A stretch of 64,000 bases of DNA, taken from positions 15,083-79,082 of IMG/VR virus record IMGVR_UViG_3300047369_000529, one strand, 5' to 3'. The stretch comes from a virus. Position numbers and translations under genes: made by a program. Shown here one piece after another: positions 57,552 to 64,000 of the stretch. The notes under the pieces are model-generated. The model had not been told where the DNA came from. It did not search any database and was given only the letters and a program-made list of their open reading frames with translations. Each line of letters begins with the position of its first letter. The first letter of the stretch is position 1.

Positions 57552-59591
57552 ATGAATACGAAAAACAATCTATTAATCCTAGAAAGATCTTCTAGTGAAC
57601 TGGAATTTAAACAAAAGGATGGTATATACGTCCTTGAAGGAGTTTTTGGTGAAATTGACAAAAAGAATAGAAACAATAGAATCTATACTGAGTCAGAATA
57701 CGTTCCTCAAATTGAAGCTCTTCAAGCGAAGATAGGTTCTTCTAAACTATTAGGAGAATTAGACCACCCTCAAACATTTGATGTATCTTTAAAGAATGTA
57801 TCTCACATTATTGAAGAATTATCATATGATAAAGAAACAAAACAAGTAAAGGGTAAGATCAGATTATTAGATACAGAAGCAGGCCGCCAGGCTAAAGCTT
57901 TAGTTGATGCTGGTGTTCCTCTTCAAATTTCATCTAGAGCAGCTGGTCAAGTTGAATCTAATGGAACTGTTAAAATTAAACAATTATTTACGTATGATTT
58001 AGTTGCAGATCCAGGTTTTGAAAATGCAGAATTAAAAAGAGTAAATGAATCATTTGGATTCGAAAACGATTCTGACATTCAAATCTATGAAATTAGCGAT
58101 ACAAAAGAACTTTTAACAACCGAAAATAAAACTGAAACAAAAATGGCTGAATCAAAATTCGTAAGTACAGAAGATTTTAACAAATATTCACAGTACTTAT
58201 CAAGCGAAATCAAGTCTCTTAAAGAAGAAGTAACTTCTTTAACTGGAGACGAATCTGTTAAGTCTGAAGTTGAAAGCGTTAAAGAATATTCAAACTATCT
58301 TGCTGAAAAATTAGAAAAAACAATTGAATACTCTGCATATTTAGCCGAAAACTTAGATAACACGATTACAACAAATAACGAAATATCTGAGAAATTAGAT
58401 AATAGCATTTCATACTCTGAGCATATTGCTGAAGGTGTTGAATCAATTAAAGATTACACTAACTATTTAGCAGAATCTTACAACGAAGGTGCTACAACAC
58501 ATGAAAACTTATTAAAATACATTGACTATTTAAAAGAAAACTTAGAAAAAGTTACTGAATATGCAGAATACGTTGCAGAAACAGTTAATTCTAACTTATT
58601 ACTAGAAGATGAAGCTGGTAAAGAAGTTGAAGAAATTGAAGATGAAGACGATTCTACAGATGTTACTGAACCTACAGTTGATGCTGAAGGAAATGAACTA
58701 GATCATGGTGCCGAAGTTGAAGATAAATCTGACGAATTAGAAGATGAGTTAGAAGATACAGTTGACGATGCAGGTGATGAAGAAATTTCTGAAGAAGAAG
58801 ACGTTGAAGCAGTTGAAGAAACTGAAGAAGACGTTGAAGAAGGTAATGCATTTGGTGCTGCAAGAGCAAAAGCTATCGCAGACGGAGAAGAAGAATTTAC
58901 AGTAGATGGAGAAACTTTCAAAGTTAAAGATGTTGACGCTGAAGATAAAGAAAATGCTGAAGAGTTTGTAGAAGAAGAAGTTGAAGCTACAGAAGAATCA
59001 GAAGAAGTTGAAGCTACTGAAGAATCAGAAGAATCAGAAGACGTTGAAGAAGCAGTAGATGCATTAGATTCATACAAATCTGAAATTACTTCTAAATTAT
59101 CTGCTTTAATTGAAAAAGCAACTGCTAAAGAAAATTCTAATCCTCATTTCTTTAGATTTATTTCTGAAGCTAAGAAATCAGAATACAATGAATTATCTAC
59201 TGAAGATCAATCTACAGTATTAAAGGCAGTAGAAGGTAAAGGATTCTTAACAGAAGGACAAATTATTACTCTATGGAATTCTTCATTAATCAAAGCTGAT
59301 AACACTAGCGAACCTAATGTTATTGCAATGATGCCAGAAGAATATAAAGAAACATGGTCTAAATTATCTGAAGCTAAGAAAACAGCTCTTTTAGCACAAT
59401 CTAAATATCATAAGTTAGAAACTTCTTATCAAGTAAGAAACTTCTGGCAAACTAGAGATCTTAGAGACGTTGCAGTAGTTATGGAAAAAGTAGAAACGGT
59501 AAATGAAGCTGCAGTTGAAGCTCCAGCTAAAAAACCTTTATACGATTTAACTAACGTAAAAGAAGAACTAGCTAAGAAATTTAAGAAGTAA
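57552..59591 (+). CDS. Prohead protease (gp21-like) fused to scaffold/core (gp22-like)
   Basis: NRNNRIY, GELDHP, ISSRAAG, YDLVADPGF; then EYxxYLAE helical repeats and a long acidic region. Confidence 0.88.
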   Translation: MNTKNNLLILERSSSELEFKQKDGIYVLEGVFGEIDKKNRNNRIYTESEYVPQIEALQAKIGSSKLLGELDHPQTFDVSLKNVSHIIEELSYDKETKQVKGKIRLLDTEAGRQAKALVDAGVPLQISSRAAGQVESNGTVKIKQLFTYDLVADPGFENAELKRVNESFGFENDSDIQIYEISDTKELLTTENKTETKMAESKFVSTEDFNKYSQYLSSEIKSLKEEVTSLTGDESVKSEVESVKEYSNYLAEKLEKTIEYSAYLAENLDNTITTNNEISEKLDNSISYSEHIAEGVESIKDYTNYLAESYNEGATTHENLLKYIDYLKENLEKVTEYAEYVAETVNSNLLLEDEAGKEVEEIEDEDDSTDVTEPTVDAEGNELDHGAEVEDKSDELEDELEDTVDDAGDEEISEEEDVEAVEETEEDVEEGNAFGAARAKAIADGEEEFTVDGETFKVKDVDAEDKENAEEFVEEEVEATEESEEVEATEESEESEDVEEAVDALDSYKSEITSKLSALIEKATAKENSNPHFFRFISEAKKSEYNELSTEDQSTVLKAVEGKGFLTEGQIITLWNSSLIKADNTSEPNVIAMMPEEYKETWSKLSEAKKTALLAQSKYHKLETSYQVRNFWQTRDLRDVAVVMEKVETVNEAAVEAPAKKPLYDLTNVKEELAKKFKK

Positions 59592-59652
59592 TATCTTAAT
59601 ATTTTAAGAAAAACGTAAAAAACGTAAATATAATAACAATATATAGTATATC

Positions 59653-59712
59653 GATAATCAGATAAGAAGAAAAAATCTGACATACATCGAGAAGATCTGA
59701 AAAGATCGATTT
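59653..59712 (+). promoter_or_regulatory. Structured 5' leader of the major capsid mRNA
   Basis: TCAGAT...ATCTGA nested in TCGAT...ATCGA, and GATCT-GAAA-AGATC, between the late promoter and the ATG. Confidence 0.4.
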
Positions 59713-59743
59713 AAACAACCATTAAAAAAAACAAAATAATAAA

Positions 59744-61114
59744 ATGGCAAATTTAATTAACTCTGCAGAAGTTAGAGAAACTTGGGCTCCGATCATCGAA
59801 TCAGCTACAGGTATCAACGAAGCAGAAAAACTAGCGTGGATGTCAGAATACTGTCATAACCACAAACTTTACGAAGATGCTCACATCATGTCTTTAGGGA
59901 CTGCTGGTAACATCTACGGTATGGGCCCTGCTACATTACCTTCAGTTGACGCTAACGGTAATGCAGTAAACGGTTCAGGTGATAAAGCTCCAACTTTATT
60001 ACCATTAGCAATGCAAGTTGCTGCACAAACTATCGGTTTAGACTTAGTACCAGTTGTACCAATGGCTGGACCAATGGGTCTTTTATCTTACTTAGACTTC
60101 GTTTACGAAGGTGGTAAAATAGCTGGTACTACTGCTCCAACTTACGTAAAAGCTTCTGCTGCTCCAAATGACGGTAGAGATGCAATAGGTGAGTCAAGAT
60201 TAGATGGTATGTCAATCTATGACGTTTCTGACGTTTCAGGTACTATCTCTGCTGCTTTCCCAGACGACACTAATATCGAATTAGTAAAAGCTTTAGAAGA
60301 CCACATTAAAGGTTTTGCTGCTGCTGATAAGGATGGTAATCCATTCTCAAGAGAAGCTGGTGAACAGACTCCTGACAACATCATGGGTCTTTCTTTATTC
60401 TCAAAAAGTGTTGCTGCTGAAACTTTCCAAGTTGCTGCTGCAGTTACTAGAGAGCAAGTACAAGATTTAAAACAATTCGGTGTTGACGCTGTTGCTCAAG
60501 TTGAGTCAGTATTAACTAACGAATTAACTCAGTCAATCAACAACTTAATCTTAGCTAAACTTAATTCTTTAGGTAAAACTAACGTTACTCAATCAGGTGC
60601 TTCTTTAGACTTAAACTTAGGTCAAGGTGCATTAGGTGGTGAGACTATCGCTTCTAACCATAGAAGAATCTTAACTTCAATCCTTGCTGCTGCGAACTTT
60701 ATCGCAAACAGAGGTAGAAGAGGTGCAGGTAACTTCTGTGTTGTAGGTCCTAAAGTGGCTACAGCTTTACAATCAGTTGCTGGTTTCGTTGCTAACCCAA
60801 TGGCTAACACATTATCACAAGCAGCAGGTGCAATCTACCCAGTAGGTTCTGTAGCTGGTGTAAATATCTACACTGACCCAAGACAAGAATGGGACAATGC
60901 TAACGGTTACGAAGTAGTAGTTGGTAGAAAAGGTGACGGTAATGGTCCTGGATTAGTATTCATGCCTTACTTAATGGCTGAATCAGTACAAACAATCGCT
61001 GAAGGAACTATGGCTCCTAAAGTTGCTGTTAAATCTAGATTCGCATTAGTTGAAGCAGGTTTCCACCCAGAAACTCAATATGTTACATACTTAATCGAAG
61101 GTTTATCTCTTTAA
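59744..61114 (+). CDS. 23: Major capsid protein (gp23-like)
   Basis: WAPIIE, LVPVVPMAGPMG, EQVQDLK, ELTQSIN, RRGAGNF, FMPY, SRFAL. Confidence 0.93.
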   Translation: MANLINSAEVRETWAPIIESATGINEAEKLAWMSEYCHNHKLYEDAHIMSLGTAGNIYGMGPATLPSVDANGNAVNGSGDKAPTLLPLAMQVAAQTIGLDLVPVVPMAGPMGLLSYLDFVYEGGKIAGTTAPTYVKASAAPNDGRDAIGESRLDGMSIYDVSDVSGTISAAFPDDTNIELVKALEDHIKGFAAADKDGNPFSREAGEQTPDNIMGLSLFSKSVAAETFQVAAAVTREQVQDLKQFGVDAVAQVESVLTNELTQSINNLILAKLNSLGKTNVTQSGASLDLNLGQGALGGETIASNHRRILTSILAAANFIANRGRRGAGNFCVVGPKVATALQSVAGFVANPMANTLSQAAGAIYPVGSVAGVNIYTDPRQEWDNANGYEVVVGRKGDGNGPGLVFMPYLMAESVQTIAEGTMAPKVAVKSRFALVEAGFHPETQYVTYLIEGLSL

Positions 61115-61142
61115 TTAGAACTAACTTTTAGATTTTAATATT

Positions 61143-61174
61143 AAAGGTCCTCTATTTTAGAGGACCTTTTTTTT
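61143..61174 (+). terminator. Intrinsic terminator after the capsid gene
   Basis: AAAGGTCCTCTA-TTT-TAGAGGACCTTT followed by a T run. Confidence 0.85.
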
Positions 61175-61236
61175 GTTTCGTTGAAACTTAAATGGATATA
61201 TAGTCTATAACAATTATTAAATTATAATATACTAAG

Positions 61237-62613
61237 ATGAAAACATTCGAACAATGGTATAAAGCATTTACAGAATCCAACGAAGATAACATTCCAGTTG
61301 CTAAAGATTCTGCGTCTATTGAAGCAGGAACTGCAACAGCAACTATTTCTTCTTCAAATCCAACTGATATTTCATCAGATGATTCTCATTCTAAATTAAT
61401 GAAAGATTGTGACGATATTATTAATTCTCTTAAAACTCTTTCAGATAAATTAACAGAATCAGAAGAACAAGATGAGGCTATCAACGAATCAAATCCAATG
61501 ACAGCCGTAATTATGCAAGATCCTATTATTATGGGAGCTATTATCGGTTTAACAGCAATTACTGGTGCAGTTATTGGAACTACCAAAGCGGCGGTTGACG
61601 CAAAGAGAAATAAGAAAATAGCTAAAGAGGTAGATAAAGATTACGACAAGCTTAAGAAGATCACAATGCAAGAACTTAAAGTAGAGACTTCTGTTAAAGA
61701 GCTTGAAAAAAGAAAAAAAGAATTAACTTCAGGAGGGTCAATGGAAGAGGCTGAGGCGGCAAATAAACCAAGTAAGGCTGATGTTGATTCTAAGAAAAAG
61801 GAAGCTCTTAAGAAGATGAAAGCCAAATTAGATATTCAAATTGAAAATTTAAGAGGTAAGCAAGAAAATCTTAAAGAAGCTACGGACGAATTTAAATTGG
61901 GCCTAGACTCTAAATACGGAAAAGAAAAAGTATATGGATTTTTTTCAGGAAAAGTTACATCTCTTATCGCACAAAAGAAAGATGAGATTTTACAAGCCGA
62001 AACTGAGTATAAATTGAAATACTTAGCAGACGATATGGATCCTGAAATTAAAAAAGATCTGAACGAAAGATTACAAAAGGTTAGAGCTGCTCAAAAGAAA
62101 AGATTAACTAGTTTAAAAAATGAGCAAGAAAAGGAAGCTGAAAAATTAGCAAAGGCAAAAAAAGAAGATCCTGCAGTTGCTAAAGAGTGGGAAGAAAATA
62201 AAGATAAATTACAGCCTAAAGAGGAAGAAGATGAGAAGGAAGAAACTCCTTCTGCTGAAGAAACTCCTTCCGCTGAAGAAACGCCAGACGATAAAGAAGA
62301 TGATTTCGACGCATTTGGTGTTGATGATGAGGAAGAAACTCCCGAAGAAGAAACTCCCGATAAGACAGATAACTCTAAAGAAGGAATGACTAAAAGAATT
62401 GACTCAGTCATTAAAAAAGCTGAAGAGTCTGGTGATGAAGAAAAACTTAAAAAGGCAAAAGAATTAAAAGATAAGATTCTAGCAAAAGAATCTTGGCAAA
62501 TTGAAAATACAAAATTAGGAATTTTAATAGAATCAGAACTTAGAAAGATTGAGCATTCAGAAATAATTAAAGAATCTTTTTCAATTAAAGATCGTTTCTC
62601 AAAACTAATCTAA
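61237..62613 (+). CDS. Putative internal/ejection protein with a transmembrane segment and long coiled coil
   Basis: MKTFEQW leader, INE^S, IIMGAIIGLTAITGAVIG, EETP(SA) repeats; late promoter at 61195. Confidence 0.55.
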   Translation: MKTFEQWYKAFTESNEDNIPVAKDSASIEAGTATATISSSNPTDISSDDSHSKLMKDCDDIINSLKTLSDKLTESEEQDEAINESNPMTAVIMQDPIIMGAIIGLTAITGAVIGTTKAAVDAKRNKKIAKEVDKDYDKLKKITMQELKVETSVKELEKRKKELTSGGSMEEAEAANKPSKADVDSKKKEALKKMKAKLDIQIENLRGKQENLKEATDEFKLGLDSKYGKEKVYGFFSGKVTSLIAQKKDEILQAETEYKLKYLADDMDPEIKKDLNERLQKVRAAQKKRLTSLKNEQEKEAEKLAKAKKEDPAVAKEWEENKDKLQPKEEEDEKEETPSAEETPSAEETPDDKEDDFDAFGVDDEEETPEEETPDKTDNSKEGMTKRIDSVIKKAEESGDEEKLKKAKELKDKILAKESWQIENTKLGILIESELRKIEHSEIIKESFSIKDRFSKLI

Positions 62614-63132
62614 TTTCTTTTTAGAATTTTTACGAGCTAATTTTAAGAACTCCTGTTGTTGATTCAGCAGGAGTTTTTTTACATGTTTTCTAAACTCAAC
62701 CGAAGACTTTAATATACGGCTATCCACCATAGGAGCCAGCAGGGCATCATGATAATCCGGATGAACAAAGTTTTCTAAGCTAAAGTCATCTGTTTTAGAT
62801 CTAATAGGTTTACCAGATAGTGCGCAAACCCAATCTATAGTGTTGTAACTTTCTTTTAAATCTTCCATTTTTACAAAAGAATCAGTAGACCAATCATAAT
62901 AGAATTTTTCTTTAGGAGCAGTGTATTTATGTTGACATACTCCAAAGATAATATGAACAAACTGATCACTTTGACATCTTTCTCTTAAAATTGGATTTTC
63001 TATCAATAATCTTTTTTGTTGTCTTGCAAGATTAGACAGCTTAATTCCAAACCTATTAGAATAAGGAGAATGAGTAGGAACTCGTTCTATTTTAGGATAT
63101 TTCTTATTATATGCCATATAGTATTTATTCAT
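62605..63132 (-). CDS. Hypothetical protein, the only credible minus-strand gene (start possibly at 63117)
   Basis: Fills the gap between + strand genes; AATAAATA on the minus strand at 63129-63122 just before ATG 63117. Confidence 0.65.
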   Translation of the reverse strand: MNKYYMAYNKKYPKIERVPTHSPYSNRFGIKLSNLARQQKRLLIENPILRERCQSDQFVHIIFGVCQHKYTAPKEKFYYDWSTDSFVKMEDLKESYNTIDWVCALSGKPIRSKTDDFSLENFVHPDYHDALLAPMVDSRILKSSVEFRKHVKKLLLNQQQEFLKLARKNSKKKLD

Positions 63133-63176
63133 GAAACAAAGGCTATCCCATGAGTATAACTACTAAACAATTTTAC

Positions 63177-64000
63177 ATGGTTCATACACTGTTCACAGAA
63201 AAATATCGTCCAAGTAACTTAGACGAGTTGATTTTACCAGAAAGAGTAATGTCAAAATTTAAAGATGGTCTAACTCAAAATGTACTTTTAGCCGGAAGCC
63301 CTGGTACTGGTAAGACATCTACTGCGAAGGCAATTGTTAAACAATTCGGACTTCCGTACATTTATATTAATGCATCCACAGATACTTCAGTCGATGTTAT
63401 TAGAACCAGAATTATGGATTTCTGTTCCACTATGTCAATCTTAGACGATCAGGGTAAAATGAAAGTGGTTATATTAGATGAGGTAGATGGTGTATCTGAT
63501 CAATTCTTTAAAGCGCTTCGTGCTACTATGGAACAATTTGCATCTAATTCAAGATTTATTGCAACATGTAATTATGTAAATAAAATTCCAGATCCAATTC
63601 TTTCAAGGTTCGAAGTAATTAACTTTGACTTTGACAAAGAAGAAGAAAGTGAATTGACAAAGAAATATATTAGACGAGTATATGATATATGCGGAAAAGA
63701 AGAAATGACAATAGAAAAACCAGCATTGGTTGAATTTGTTCGCAGAAACTTCCCAGATCTTCGCTCGACTCTTAATAAATTACAAGGATATAAGTCTGAA
63801 GGAACAAGTAATATTACACTAGATGATGTTAAAAAGTTTAACTCAGTGTATAAAGATGTTTTTGAATTAATCTTTAATGAAACTGATCCAGTTAAAAATT
63901 ATAAATATCTGGTTGGGGAATATTCAAATAGAGTTGATGAAATTCTTCAAACCCTAGGAGAAGAGTTTATAGAATATATTCAGTCTGAAAAAGGAAACAG
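63177..64000 (+). CDS. 44: Clamp loader large subunit (gp44/RFC-like), truncated by the window end and absent from the ORF track
   Basis: MVHTLFTEKYRP, GSPGTGKTS, INAS, ILDEVD, ALRATME, LSRF. Confidence 0.92.
   Translation, partial: MVHTLFTEKYRPSNLDELILPERVMSKFKDGLTQNVLLAGSPGTGKTSTAKAIVKQFGLPYIYINASTDTSVDVIRTRIMDFCSTMSILDDQGKMKVVILDEVDGVSDQFFKALRATMEQFASNSRFIATCNYVNKIPDPILSRFEVINFDFDKEEESELTKKYIRRVYDICGKEEMTIEKPALVEFVRRNFPDLRSTLNKLQGYKSEGTSNITLDDVKKFNSVYKDVFELIFNETDPVKNYKYLVGEYSNRVDEILQTLGEEFIEYIQSEKGN

Larger units (their letters stand above)
4902..61202 (+). promoter_or_regulatory. Putative late promoter (G/A)ATATATA, 14 copies
   Basis: At 4902, 11590, 12727, 12956, 17241, 26101, 38304, 49761, 52062, 55018, 56662, 57522, 59638, 61195, all shortly upstream of starts and mostly of structural genes. 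Confidence 0.75.
12980..63161 (+). promoter_or_regulatory. Putative early/middle promoter AAAC-N16-(G/A)TA(T/G)AA
   Basis: Exactly 16-bp spacers at 12981, 31062, 31506, 34492, 41362, 45165, 52907, 63134 (variant at 36357), upstream of replication/metabolism genes. Confidence 0.8.

Noticed and set aside
58974-62359. Short tandem repeats (EEVEATEES, EETPSA) as functional DNA elements
   Set aside because: They are best explained as low-complexity acidic protein linkers
1680-62411. Numerous short minus-strand and off-frame ORFs in the ORF track
   Set aside because: They lie within or across well-supported + strand genes, are S/F/L-rich mirrors of E/K-rich coding sequence and lack promoters
1-64000. 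Alternative genetic code
   Set aside because: Core genes are full length under the standard code, and both TAA and TAG end genes at expected positions

Overview
A 64-kb segment of a large, AT-rich (about 30% GC by eye) T4-related myophage genome. Almost all genes are on the + strand. A Bacteroidota/Flavobacteriia host is inferred from A-rich initiation regions lacking Shine-Dalgarno motifs. Order: collagen-containing tail fibres (one ending in a Hint domain), gp3-like, RuvC-like, gp32, gp61, UvsY, UvsW; a ~14-kb accessory block (17.3-31.0 kb); mgsA, TagD-like and rmlB; T4-like alpha-glucosyltransferase and gp56 dCTPase/dUTPase; a family-B DNA polymerase split into two genes separated by nrdB, nrdA and a clamp-like gene; UvsX, gp41, gp47/46; head module (gp15, gp55, gp4, gp2, portal, fused gp21-gp22, major capsid); truncated gp44. 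Best candidate for an undescribed system: the 17.3-31.0 kb block encodes apparent virion-packaged polyproteins. They carry T4 capsid-targeting-like motifs (e.g. KLYEQFINE, MKTFFEYL) and consist of small, mostly unrelated modules joined by repeated ES(V/I)V(N/T)E linkers resembling prohead-protease sites, so one head could inject about 25 effectors plus ligase/nucleotidyltransferase and nuclease enzymes. Other signals: two phage promoter classes, shared C-terminal clamp-binding-like tails, and a terminator loop complementary to the gp56 initiation region. All family assignments are from motif recognition by eye; no database searches were run.
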